A DNA stretch of 63,899 nt, counting the filler, from Octopus bimaculoides (lineage: Eukaryota): assembly GCF_001194135.2 (NCBI RefSeq). It is 4 parts of 3 records of this genome, joined end to end, with 100 filler letters (N's around TTAATTAATTAA, not from the genome) between each part and the next. Parts side by side here need not be neighbours in the genome. Positions count along the whole stretch, not along the records: positions 23,618 to 52,760 come from NC_069002.1; positions 52,861 to 58,685 come from NC_068982.1; positions 58,786 to 63,899 come from NC_069002.1; 1 more part is not named here. One strand, given 5' to 3'. Of this stretch, positions 50,973 through 62,985 are shown one piece after another. A model generated the notes under the pieces. That model searched no databases. It was given only the letters and a program-made list of their open reading frames with translations, and was not told the origin of the DNA. The translations under genes and the position numbers were made by a program. The number at the start of each line of letters is the position of its first letter. Positions within the stretch are counted from its first letter, which is position 1.

Positions 50973-52724
50973 TATATATATATATATATACATACACACA
51001 CAGATAGATAGATATACATAAACATGCATAATGATGGTGAAAATTTATGGAACAGCCTTTAATTAAAAGCTTTGTGTGGGCAAAGAAAATTGTGATTACT
51101 GCTTTATAGAGTTCTCTGTGGCACGTGGTGAGAGGGAGGGAGGTAGGATAGCAAAGACCATTTGCAACGTCAAAGACCTAAGGCGAGTGTTGTTGTTAGT
51201 TTGTCATGACCAGAAATAATCAGATTGGAGTGTTTCGTTGCTGTCACAGTAGCCATTTTTGCTTTGAATACCATTTCTTGAGAATTGTGTTTCAAGACAC
51301 CTGAAAATTCGTCAAAATTATGTCTCAAAACTATTATTGAACCACTATTTCTTCTAGGTTAGTTATGATGTTAAACCATCTCAGATAGTTAAAGCCATTG
51401 CAGGGGGTAAATTTTGTGACGATTTTTATGAACGCTTCTATCTGAAAAGTTGCTAAAATGATACCATTATCCAATATCCCTTTCATGGACAGAAACGACA
51501 TATCACATTTTTGAATTAGCACACAATTCCAGCTGAGACGATTGAAACCTTAATATAGTCTCAGTGATTAGCAATCACGGGTTGGTGAATTTGGGGAGAC
51601 AGTAGCAGAATTTTGGCAACTTAAAATAAAAAAAGCAAGAAATATATTTAACTAATTGAAAACCAAACTTGGAAGAAACCTAGTTTGTATTGATTGGGAT
51701 GCAATTCTTTTGCAAGATTCTCTAAGATTGTTGACCTATGACCAAGTGATATCGAAGCATTTACTAAGAAAACTTTAAAAATATTTTCTCGTTTGCATAA
51801 TTCTTTTGACAGTTAAAATAATTTTCTGCATGTAGTAATGGGACAGAAGCTACTACAAAATACATGGTAATACCAGATTTTGTCAATGCTGCGAGCAATT
51901 GAAAATTGTTTACTGTTTTGTTGGTTCAGTCATACTACTTTGCCAAGGGCTAATCAAATAATTCTTTGAAAATAATTTTGGAGAAATGTATTTATGGTTT
52001 GTATATTGACAGCTCAGATTTTCCAGCAAATCGACTCTGGCCATGTAAAAGAATAACATCAGATCAAACTAAATATACAAAACCTGATAATAAACATAGA
52101 TCAAATAAAAATATATTTATAACAAAAATAAGTTGTACCTAATGATGCAAATTTCATGCTGAAAAAGTTTCCAGAAAATTGTGAAAACTTTTAGAGAATA
52201 AAGAGAGCCTTTAAAATTTTTTAATGAAAAAACGTCCTTCAGAGACAGGGGTAAGGGGAGAGAATGTTGTACAATAAAATGTACTTAAATCTTGAAGCAT
52301 TTGTCGCTCCAGTGTTTTAGTTTTAAACAATTAAGATAAACTAAAAGATCAGAAGGAGAGACATATTTTGGAAAATTTATTCGATGAGGTTGTTATTGGA
52401 AAGAACGTTTAGGCTTCTAAGAAAGACATTTGCACAGCATAAAATTTTGAGGAGTCAAAAAAGAAATTGGTAAAATATTTTAACTTATTGCAATGGAAGA
52501 CATACTAGTATAAAATATTAGTGTAGTAGCACATCTTCTTTGATTTTCTGATATTCCGTACAGTTTTATGAGGGATGTCTGTAATAAATACAGTTTTCAG
52601 TAGTCAAAACGTGCAGTTATAATTATTAAAGCAAACCACCGACTTATTTATTTAGAAAGAAGTTGCACAAACAACAAACAAACGGTATTATGAGAAAATA
52701 TAAATATGATTACATATACAAACA

Positions 52725-52760
<36 letters not shown>

Positions 52761-52860
52761 NNNNNNNNNNNNNNNNNNNNNNNNNNNNNNNNNNNNNNNN
52801 NNNNTTAATTAATTAANNNNNNNNNNNNNNNNNNNNNNNNNNNNNNNNNNNNNNNNNNNN
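52761..52860. other. Assembly join marker 44N-TTAATTAATTAA-44N
   Basis: Same structure as 23518. Confidence 0.9.
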
Positions 52861-53760
52861 TATATATATACATATATGCATACACACATGTATATATGTA
52901 TATGTGTGTGTGTGTGCGTGTGTTAATTAGCGCCATCTGTACATTCGAACATGGAGAGACAAAATGCTGCACAAGCTATCTCAAGATAAGATATTCTCCG
53001 TATAGATATCTTTATAGATGTTCTCCTTATAGATAGTATAGGTGTAAGTATCACCTAGCCAAATGGAACCATTCGCTATTCTAATTAACAACGACTAGCT
53101 CTTAGTGACGACGAACGAAAACTTGATATATGCAGTTGTTGAAGTGCAACCATGCAGAAACACATACGACCTACCTGTGACGTCATTCGTGTTTAGTGGT
53201 GTATTTACACCCATATTGTCTGCAAGGAAAATCGTTTCTCTCGAGACAATTTGGGCAGCGTATTGTCTTTGAATGTGCGAATGAATGTGATACGTTAAAT
53301 TTGACTATATGCAAGCATTTTTTAGCCGAAAATTCTCATATCCTTTTCAGATCTAAGAACATTACTAACCTATTAAATTACAAATCTGCAATTATTAAAT
53401 GAAAGCATCTTAACGCATTTTTTTGTTGTTGAACAGGAAAAAGTCACTCACTTCGGATTAAACATGCAAGCCCACAAATCTGTCCGTTGAATTAACTTAA
53501 CCAATCATATTAATTCTGATTCGAACGAGCCAATGGAATGTAACTTGTAATCTTTTATTCTTGTCTCATTCCATATTTTGTTCTTTTTCCTTCTTTTCCT
53601 CTCTCCTGTTATTTTTTGTAATGACCAGCGTACTTTCTATTGCTTTCTTCCAAAACCAGACCATTTTCTCTATTTTTTTTATAACGCAGGTTATAAAATC
53701 ACTGCCTTTTAACAACAGGAAACTAATAGGAACTCAAATTTAAATCCTATGTTTATTAAA

Positions 53761-53812
53761 TATACTAGCAGAAAGACCGCCCTCCGGATGGTTTTTGCTG
53801 GTCGAATCTGGA

Positions 53813-53854
<42 letters not shown>

Positions 53855-54660
53855 ATATTATAGAGATATTTTGTGTGTTTATATTAAAGGGACAGTGTGT
53901 GTGAGTGTGTGTGAGAGAGAGAGACACACACACACACATACACAGAGGGAGAGAAAGAAAATTGCAAACAATGAACGAAATAAACATGAAATGAAGAAAT
54001 CGTATAAATGAAACCTCGTTAACAAATATCTTGTACCGAATATTTAAATTTGTGAACTCGAAATATTCAATAATGAAAGAAAGTTCCGAAATTAGATTTT
54101 CCTGAAAACTTCAATTAATAAAAAAAATCTCACTTGCTTATTAAATATTCTTTCAGTATCAAGTTTTAGCGTACTAGAAATAGCAGCAATCACATAGTTA
54201 TTATTGTAAGGCTTATAACGTCCCAAACAGCCATACCAAGTAAATCACTTCTTAACTTTTTTTAATTACACCGGTATATTAAAAAAATTTCATTTTATCA
54301 AAAATAAATCTCAAAGGTAGTTTGTCTAATAACATTCATTCAATGAATATATTTTTAAAATTACGTATAATTTTTTTAAATTTCGCCTGCAACGAATTTC
54401 GGTGCAAACTAATCACTGACAGATGTGAATCATTGAGTGATTTTTCAAGTAACCTTATATGATACATAATCTTTTATATAATGAGTATAATATATCAAAA
54501 CAACCTAACATACATCAGTTTCATTCACAAAAATGTACATTTTTATCACCTGTGGAGTGTCATATGAATACTTCTCACCTCGTATGCAACATCAAAATAA
54601 ATTTTCTTCTATTTGGAATTCGTTCTAGTCATTGAAATGTAGATGGTCTATGTGTATAGC
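53761..54660 (+). mobile_element. Possible non-autonomous Helitron/Helentron-like element
   Basis: Starts tatactagcagaaagaccgccc followed by an internal (GT)n; the 3' end is not defined. Confidence 0.3.
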
Positions 54661-54989
54661 TACAGCATGTACATAGATGTGGAGGCAGTGCTCAGTTGTT
54701 GGTCTCACTTGCATTTTGTAGAGGGTTACTGGTTTCTGGAGTTCGAAATATTTTCTATCGTTGAAATCAACAGCAAGTGTTGATGCTGCAGTTTTAGATG
54801 ATGATGTACAATCACTGGGAGAATTCTTAAGTAATAATGATGGCTAACATTTATAGTGGCTACGAGGATTGTAGTTACACATTATTTGCATGTAGTGTAT
54901 AGGAGGAGCAGTATTAATTTGTGTAATGTGTTTAGTGCTTTTGACTCTGTGCAGTTAAAAGAGACAAGATTGCTATGATCTCAATAGAG

Positions 54990-55334
54990 CACTGGTTCTC
55001 AACCGGGGTCTATATGACTCCTCATGGTCAGTATAAGATTTTTTGGGGGTGGGGACGCAACAAAATAAAAAATTGAGGATCTACAGTAGTATTTTAAGTA
55101 CCCCTGAAAAAATTTGCTTTAGATGTATGTATTGGTATATGTTGCAAGAAACAGCTCAGTTTCTTTCTCTAACATTTTACATAGATCAACCTGCATAAGT
55201 GAATGTCTGAAAAACAAAATAGGAATTTTTAAAGAAGAATCTATAAAACTAGTTTTTAAGCATTAAATGGCTATGGGGGTCCACCAGAATAAAATAGGGG
55301 GCAATAGATAAAAAAAAAAGATTGAGAACCCTTG
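54990..55334. mobile_element. hAT (Charlie-like) MITE
   Basis: cactggttctcaacc ... gattgagaacccttg imperfect TIRs. Confidence 0.7.
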
Positions 55335-55498
55335 GTCTCTTTCAATGTATGTTTTGTTTGAGGTATCTAGGATGCGCTTGTATGATTAATCAGTACAGGG
55401 GCTTACGGAGGAATGAAGGGTAATATCACCTGTGGAGTGGGCGTTAATAAGGGGGACGGCAAGTGTGTATTGACTGTTTTGTAATGCATATATGTGGA

Positions 55499-55868
55499 GG
55501 CGCAATGGCCCAGTGGCTAGGGCAGCGGGCTCGCGGTTTCGATTCTCAGACCGGGCGTTGTGAGTGTTTATTGAGCGAAAACACCTAAAGCTCCACGAGG
55601 CTCCGGCAAGGGATGGTAGCGAACCCTGCTGTACTCTTCCACCACAACTTTCTCTCACTCTTACTTCCTGTTTCTGTTGTGCCTGTAATTCAAAGGGTCA
55701 GCCTTGTCACAGTGTGTCACGCTGAATATCCCCGTGAACTACGTTAAAGGTACACGTGTCTATGGAGTTCTCAGCCACTTGCACGTTAATTTCACGAGCA
55801 GGCTGTTCCGTTGATCGGATCAACTGGAATCCTCGATGTCGTAAGCGACGGAGTGCCAACAACAACAA
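55499..55868 (+). mobile_element. tRNA-derived SINE family D, near full length with (AAC)n tail
   Basis: ggcgcaatggcccagtggctagg head; 3' domain shared with 3465-3600. Confidence 0.85.
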
Positions 55869-56679
55869 CAAAATGCATATATATACCATGTATATATGTA
55901 TTTACGTGTATAGTTAAGATTAATGCACATAGCCTGTATATATTTTTCTTTTATTATATACAAGTGAAAAACCATAGTGGGAGCGAAGAGAGGTGTATTG
56001 TAATATAAGAATTATGATGAAAATATGCCAGCATAAATTTAATTAATCACAAAAAAGCCATTATCAATTCCATTTCACATTTTAGCGAGCTCTGTATCTG
56101 CTGGGCGGATCTTCTGCAAGTAAAAGCTTTCGCAACAGACATTGAGACTACCAGGAAGATAATCCCATGAAAATCATACAATAGGTTTAGGATTAAGTGT
56201 TAATTATTTCAACTGCACGGATTCGCATGACAATAAATCTCTTCATATAATATACGTCTGGGAAGCGATCTTACTTGTAATATCATAAATGGAATCAGGA
56301 AAGCTACATAATGTAATTGTTCAACGAATAGGAAAGATATAAGCCTAGACACATATATTCAGTGTTTGTGTCTCTGTCCCTCTTTGTCTCTTTCTGTTAC
56401 TCTCACTCCCTTTCTGTCACTCTTAATCACTTTCTGTTACTCTCACTCCCTTTCTTCTTCTCTCTCCCTCTTCCCATCACTTCTCTCTCTCCCCCCTCTC
56501 TCTCTTTCCTTTCATATGTATATGTATGTATGTATGCCATATTTGTGTGCTTCGTTTATTAAAATTCTTTCAAGTCATTTTAATTCTGTTTATAAAGAAG
56601 CTGGTTGCTAACTATACGCCAATGCCCTGTTAATAGAATTTAGATACTAATAAACAATTTCATCTTTTATCTCTTAATT

Positions 56680-56775
56680 ATGTCAGTCTTTAGACTACGG
56701 CAATGCTGGAGAACCGACTTGAACAACTTTAGTCGAACGAATCGACCTCAGTACGTATTGAAACTTAGTGTCTTT
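56680..56775 (-). mobile_element. SINE family C, 3' fragment
   Basis: cggcaatgctggag..tttagtcgaacgaatcgacc. Confidence 0.65.
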
Positions 56776-57373
56776 CTCTACCCGAAAATTTCAGATTTTG
56801 GAAATCTTTACTTCATGTATAATTGAATAAGGCGCAACTTTGATTACAGACTTGATTACAAACAAGAATGCAAATGTATAGGAAATTGCGTAGCAAAAAA
56901 GTCGAGAAATGCAGTAGAATGTAGCAACAAAATTTCAGATTGAGAATGTAGACAATAACTATATTGAGCGATAACTTACATTCGCATTTATAACAGCCAC
57001 AGTTTAATTGTCGCACTCTGTAGGTTTGGCGACATTCCAATCAATATTTGATCATTTATCTGTCATTGTAATTATGTTCATTATTACACCATTTGAAAAA
57101 CTGTGTTGTAAATCGGCTTACTAAATACTTTATAATATTTAGTTTCATGAATTTCCGCCAGGACAGTCCCTCATTGATATAATAAATAGCAGGTGTAAAC
57201 AAAAATTGGGTTGATCGATTGTATCCGTTTTCTGCTTGAAATAATAGTCGTTTTTATCTCTTTGGTTCTCGAATGCTTGTTTTCCAGGGTGCAGAAAGGA
57301 CAAAACAAGGATTACATTATGATCCGTTGGGATATTCAGAATATATACATACATACATACATACATACATTAC

Positions 57374-57410
<37 letters not shown>

Positions 57411-57434
57411 TATATATATGTATGTATGTATGTA

Positions 57435-57465
<31 letters not shown>

Positions 57466-57479
57466 GTACATATTTATAC

Positions 57480-57620
57480 GTCGGAATTCTTTCAGTTTCA
57501 GTCTACAAATCTACTCGCAACATTTTGGTCACCCCGTGGTTATAGAAGTCACTTGCTCAAGCTGGTACACAATGGGAACCATGTGTTTGGGCGGCAAACT
57601 TCTTCGCACAAAGCAATACC
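57480..57620 (-). mobile_element. SINE family C fragment
   Basis: ctttcagtttcagtctacaaatctactcgc..gaaccatgtg. Confidence 0.7.
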
Positions 57621-57834
57621 AATCGACGGCATTTCTGCATTATTTAGTCTCGAACAGTTTTAATTTTTTATGCCAATAAATAAAAACTTTTGTCTATTTA
57701 TTGGTAAAGTTTATGTGATGAGAACCTGAAAAAAATAGTTACTAAATCTGAAGCATCACAATTTCGTCTTTCATGTTTACAAATAGAAAAATAGATAAAT
57801 AGTAGAATAAATTAATATAAATGAAGCTTGTTAC

Positions 57835-58130
57835 TCATAAACTAATTGTGATTTCCTCCAGTGTTATTTTTTGTTTGCTAGCTTCTAATGATCCCCGCAT
57901 GAAATATGTTAGCATTATACAGATTAACGTTATGCAAGCTTGCTAATTGCTCCATGACAGACTGTGGAATAAATAATCAAATAATAATGAATATCATTAA
58001 TCATAAACTAATTGTTATTTTCCCTTTTCTGCTCACTTGGAAATTTTCCCTGCATAAAACGTGATAACATTTAGCAAACTGACACTATGTAAGCCTGCTA
58101 ATTACTCCATAACAAGCTGTGGAGCTTGTT
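57835..58130. repeat. Old tandem duplication, two copies with a period of about 155-166 bp
   Basis: tcataaactaattg at 57835 and 58001; gc(t/c)tgctaatt(g/a)ctccat and ctgtgga recur. Confidence 0.75.
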
Positions 58131-58400
58131 AATGAATGCATAGATGACATTTGATACTGGTGGCTCCTTGCTTTTAGCTAAACTGTAACACATTTTTCAT
58201 AAATATAATGTAATTAAAAGTACTACATTAACTGAAACAATACACCACATCAATATTTTCATCGCTGGAGGAAACGTAATCGTCATAATCGGTGCCTCCT
58301 ATACACCTTAGTATCTTATAAAAAATTACAGACGACATTAATAAATGGCCCTATAATTAAGGATATTTACGTGTATGAATACTAATATATATATCGTTGA

Positions 58401-58552
58401 TGAGGCGGTGAGTTGCCAATCTTTATATACTGTACTCAAATTTCACTGAGTTCGACTTTGTCTTTCCTTTCAATCCCAATTTGGGGTCGATAAAATAAAT
58501 ACTAGTTGATCACTTCCTGAACTGGCTGATATTGTAACAAAATTTGAAACCA
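58401..58552 (+). mobile_element. SINE family A copy
   Basis: gaggcggtgagttg..ggggtcgataaaataa..aaatttgaaacc. Confidence 0.75.
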
Positions 58553-58685
58553 CAACATATCTTCGAGATGATTTCTCGGTTCTTCCACCTCTTTTTCTTT
58601 ATCCCCTTTATTTGCATTCCAATGAGACACACACACACATATATACATACACACACATATACATAATGCATATATATGTATATAT

Positions 58686-58785
58686 NNNNNNNNNNNNNNN
58701 NNNNNNNNNNNNNNNNNNNNNNNNNNNNNTTAATTAATTAANNNNNNNNNNNNNNNNNNNNNNNNNNNNNNNNNNNNNNNNNNNN
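58686..58785. other. Assembly join marker 44N-TTAATTAATTAA-44N
   Basis: Same structure as 23518. Confidence 0.9.
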
Positions 58786-58889
58786 ATCGTCGTTGTTCGT
58801 TATTGTAATTAGCGTCATCACAAGTTTGTCGCCGACGACACCAGCGCCACGTTCGCCATGGTCATCCGGGGCCCCCCCACCTTCGGTTC

Positions 58890-59344
58890 CAACGCCTCCA
58901 ACACCTCCTCCTCCTCATCATCATTCATCATCATCACTATCTTCGTTACCACCACTACAAGCACCGTTGTCGCCACTGTCGTCGCCACCGCAACGGCGGC
59001 AACCACCTCTCGACACATCCACCTCCACCTCCACCACTTCATTATCATAACCACCACCACCACCACCACCACCGCCACTTCCACCATCCTCCTCCTCCTC
59101 CTCATCATCATCATCATCACCACCACCTACATCATTATCATCATCGTTATCGCAACGACCGTTATCTTTTTTTTTTTTCCACCCTCCCTCAACATTCCGT
59201 CTCATCCTCATCTGTCCCCTCCTCCTCCGCATCATTATGCTTAGCATTGTCTTCAAGCTACTAGGGGTCGATAAAATAAAGTACCATAAACATCACCATC
59301 ATCACCATCATCACCATCATCCTCATCATCACCATCATCATCAT
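58890..59344. repeat. Mixed (CAC/CAT/CTC)n trinucleotide field
   Basis: Directly visible. Confidence 0.9.
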
Positions 59345-59445
59345 NNNNNNNNNNNNNNNNNNNNNNNNNNNNNNNNNNNNNNNNNNNNNNNNNNNNNNNN
59401 NNNNNNNNNNNNNNNNNNNNNNNNNNNNNNNNNNNNNNNNNNNNC

Positions 59446-59910
59446 ATAATAATCTGTGGAGATAGGTGGCTACATGTTAGGTGTAGTGTAGTTTCAGAAA
59501 TTGTCTGACAGCCATGAGTTGGTTCTCCTGCTTCTGTGGCATGCTGCAGAGTCCTGTAGCTAGATATAGGGTTTTCCAGCAGCCACCCTCTTGACCCAGG
59601 GCAGCACTACCTCCTCTAGGCACTTGATGTAGGCCCCTGTGTTGGGTCTGAAGCCGTATAGGAAGATGGATGGAGGCATAAGTTCGCCATCACTAGTGAT
59701 CAATCCAAACACCATAATGATGACTGGATGTTTGATTTTTATCACTCTCGGTACGTGTTTTCGGGACACAGCATCCCAACGGTTGTTCTTTGTGTTCGTA
59801 ATGGAGCTTCCTGCGTGAATGCCAAGCAGTACAGCAAGTCGTCTCCAAATTTCAGGCAGAGTAAATTGCATCATGGTGCTTTTTTTTTCTCACAGACGGT
59901 GCCCAACTGA
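59446..59910 (-). pseudogene. Internally deleted maT/DD37D-like (Tc1/mariner superfamily) transposase
   Basis: NNRWDAVSRKHVPRVIKIKHPVIIMVFGLITSDGELMPP..YIKCLEEVVLPWVKRVAAGKPYI*LQDSAACH..WLSDNF..PPISTDY. Confidence 0.85.
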
Positions 59911-59984
59911 CACTACTATAATTTGTAGTCAACAAACTCGAAAACAAGCGAGTATCTAGTCTGGAAATGAGAAGAGGAAAGAGA

Positions 59985-60157
59985 GAAGAAGAAGAAGAAG
60001 AAGAAGAAGAAGAAGAAGAAGAAGAAGAAGAAGAAGAAGAAGAAGAAGAAGAAGAAGAAGAAGAAGAAGAAGAAGAAGAAGAAGAGGAGGAGGAAGAAGA
60101 AGAAGAAGAAGAAGAAGAAGAAGAAGAAGAAGAAGAAGAAGAAGAAGAAGAAGAAGA
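59985..60157. repeat. (GAA)n microsatellite
   Basis: Directly visible; explains the poly-E, poly-F and poly-L ORFs. Confidence 0.97.
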
Positions 60158-60194
60158 AATCCTTCAAATTTTGACAAAGGTCAGTTATTTTAGT

Positions 60195-60340
60195 AGGAAG
60201 CGCTAATCGATTACACCGATCAAGTACCTGACTGGTACTTTATTTTATCGAGCCCGAAAAGATGCAACACAAATTCAACTTCGGTGAGATTTGAACTCAG
60301 AACGTAAAGCTCCAGAAGGAATGGTACTAAGCGTTTTGTC
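60195..60340 (-). mobile_element. SINE family A copy
   Basis: actggtactttattttatcgagcccgaaaag..gatttgaactcagaacgtaaag. Confidence 0.8.
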
Positions 60341-60911
60341 AGCTTGTCCGTTTTAGCATTGAAGACTTAACAAGACCACCACAATGGCGCAGGCGATATC
60401 GTCGCGAAATAAGATGATGTATAAATTTAAGAACCGTTGTTTCTGATAATTGGACGTTGCATATAACTGGTATCTATTTATGGAGCAGGATGTGTTTTAG
60501 AACAATGTTGACCTTGGAATGATTGTCACGCAGATGTGTTTTTTGGAAACTTACACTGTGAGACGTTAAATACCAGGATATATGTATATAAATATACTGT
60601 GGTGATCTTGATTACACTTAAACTAATGAGACCCAATTAGTTGTAAATCACGATAATTCGGTTCACAGGCCTATTCACATTCTTTATTTAATTTTCCTCA
60701 ATCTACGCCCACAGCACGGCTTTACTATTCATCGATAAAATATGTAGCCATGTTAAACCAGAGCAAATAAATTTTCTATACTCGTCTCCTATAAAGTTTG
60801 TGATACTGTGTGTATATTTTGTCTAAAATGAACAAACATTACCGCTAATTGTGGTGTCCCAGTATAGTCACAGCCCCTAGCTGAAACCGGTATTAGAATA
60901 ATAGAATTGGT

Positions 60912-61195
60912 CCTTTTCTATTTTCTACTCTAGGGACAATGCCCGAAAATTTTGGGGGTGGGGAGTCGATCAGATCGACCCCAGACGCAACTGGTGCTTA
61001 ATTTATCGACCCCGAAAGGATGAAAGGTAAAGTCGAATTTGAACTCAGAACGTAAAGACAGACGAAATACCGCTAAGCATTTCGCCCGGCGTGCTAACGT
61101 TTCTTATTTCTTTATTGCCCACAAGGGGCTAAACATAGAGGGGACAAATAAGGACAGACAAAGGGATTAAGTCATTTACATCGAGCCCAGTACAT
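60912..61195 (-). mobile_element. SINE family A copy plus the adjacent 3' end of a related SINE
   Basis: High match to family A; followed by ttcttatttctttattgcccacaagggg..aagtcatttacatcgagcccag. Confidence 0.85.
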
Positions 61196-61204
61196 ACATA
61201 TATA

Positions 61205-61385
61205 ATTGAAAAAACTGAAATCAACAAGAAGGGGTGCGCTTGGACATTTTATTTTTCAATCACTAAAATTGTTGCATACTAAAGTATCTGAACGCCTGGA
61301 GAACCACGTTGCGTGGAAACAATTGTTGTGATTAATAAATAAATGTCCAACCGTACTCTTTCCTGTTGACTCCAAGTTTTTCAAT
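61205..61385. mobile_element. 181-bp palindromic MITE-like element flanked by TA
   Basis: attgaaaaaactgaaatcaacaagaaggggtgcgcttggacatttt versus the reverse complement of aaatgtccaaccgtactctttcctgttgactccaagtttttcaat. Confidence 0.75.
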
Positions 61386-61516
61386 TATTTATTCACACAC
61401 GACAGATGCTCAAACGCAAACCTGGAAGTACGTTTAATATTACTAGTGGATAGCACAGGGTAACGAAGGTGGACGAGCTTTATACTGTACTCTAATACGT
61501 GCTTAACATCACATAC

Positions 61517-61655
61517 CATATATATGGTTCTGGAACCCTGTGCAGCAGTGTTCGTCACTGTCCCTTGGGAAGATCTTCGAACGTCTTCCTCATCTTAGTC
61601 ACCAGCTCGGCCTTGGTGTTGTAGGAAGAGCAGCTGATATCTTTCTCAACCTCTT
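61517..61655 (-). pseudogene. C-terminal fragment of a maT-like transposase
   Basis: VEKDISCSSYNTKAELVTKMRKTFEDLPK. Confidence 0.55.
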
Positions 61656-62063
61656 GAGATAAAAACCGTGGGATTAGAAACTATAGGATGGATACGTTGC
61701 GGTGAAAGTTACATTTTAGCGCTGCTATATTGCTAATAATTACTACAATCCGATATATATAACATGCAAAAATACATACTGCATAGCAATTAAGCAATCT
61801 TAGCAAACAACAAAAACAAGATTAATATTAAAAATAATAAATATTATTAATATTACAAAATTAGTACTAATGATTTATTACCTAAGCTTCTTACATAATC
61901 CAGGGATTTGCTAGAGAAAAGAAAGGAGAATAGAAAAAGAAACAAAATGCCTGATTTTTTTTTTTTCTCAAGGGCATTAGCAACGGCGGAGAAATGGCTC
62001 CATCCAGTAATTGATACTCGGCCCCAAGTATGTTGTTTGACTACGTCGTGTCTACGCCTGTTC

Positions 62064-62074
62064 ATCATCATCAG

Positions 62075-62112
<38 letters not shown>

Positions 62113-62349
62113 CTGTCGTCGTCATCATCATCATTATCATCATCATCAACATCATCATCATCATTATCATCTTCTACCTCTTTTTCATCTACTGTTATTG
62201 GTGATGATGATGATGATGATGATGATGAAGAAGAAGAAGAAGAAGAAGAAGAAGAAGAAGAAGAAGAAGAAGAAGAAGAAGAAGAAGAAGAAGAAGAAGA
62301 AGAAGAAGAAGAAGAAGAAGAAGAAGCAGTAGCAGCAATAGTAACAGAT

Positions 62350-62408
<59 letters not shown>
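62064..62408. repeat. Compound (CAT)n..(GAT)n(GAA)n(GCA)n(GTA)n microsatellite
   Basis: Directly visible. Confidence 0.97.
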
Positions 62409-62409
<1 letters not shown>

Positions 62410-62570
62410 ACCGTCGTCGTTGTGTGGTTAATCCACTCGCTTGTACTTCTTGAAGGTTGTGGTTTGATTGCACAATGCGGCGGCACCTTGGGCAACGTTT
62501 CCATAATGGCCCCAGTTTGACCAAAGTTTTGAGAAAAGAATTCGGTTGTCAAGCAGTGATGAGAGACAAA
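62410..62570 (+). mobile_element. Diverged SINE family C fragment
   Basis: gcggcaccttgggcaa..gaccaaag..cggttgtcaagcagtg. Confidence 0.6.
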
Positions 62571-62602
62571 GTTAAACACAAGAACAGACACACACACGCA
62601 CA

Positions 62603-62640
<38 letters not shown>

Positions 62641-62844
62641 AACTGTACTTTTATTATAAGCAGAGATTGTTAATATTACAATACTCAGAAACAGGCTAGA
62701 GTTGAAGTGCTCAAAATGAGCTAAGATTCAAATTAGAGTTTGAATAGAGACAGTACGATATCATATCGTATATATTTACTCACTATATGTTATATCATAC
62801 CGAAGTTATATCATAACACTATATGTTTTATCATACCATAAATA

Positions 62845-62985
62845 TATACGACGGGCTTCTTTCAGTTTCCTTCTAACAAATCCACTCAGAATGCTTTGAT
62901 CGGCCGAAGGTGCCACGCAGTGGGACGGAACCCAGAACCATGTTGTTGGTAAGCAAGCTACTTACCACACAGCTACAGGTGCGCA
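62845..62985 (-). mobile_element. SINE family C fragment
   Basis: gacgggcttctttcagtttcc..ggtgccacgcagtgggac..cttaccacacagc. Confidence 0.85.

Noticed and set aside
51300-52600. Possible ancient LINE coding region
   Set aside because: No motif could be read with confidence.
53177-53310. Minus-strand exon candidate (SNLTYHIHSH.., donor CAG|gtaggt) and a TGACGTCA CRE site
   Set aside because: No zinc-finger cysteines in frame and no partner exon; the 8-mer also occurs inside SINE copies.
56845-57040. Cys-rich ECKCIGNC..VECSN segment resembling an LRR N-cap
   Set aside because: Immediately interrupted by stops, with no consistent LRR units.
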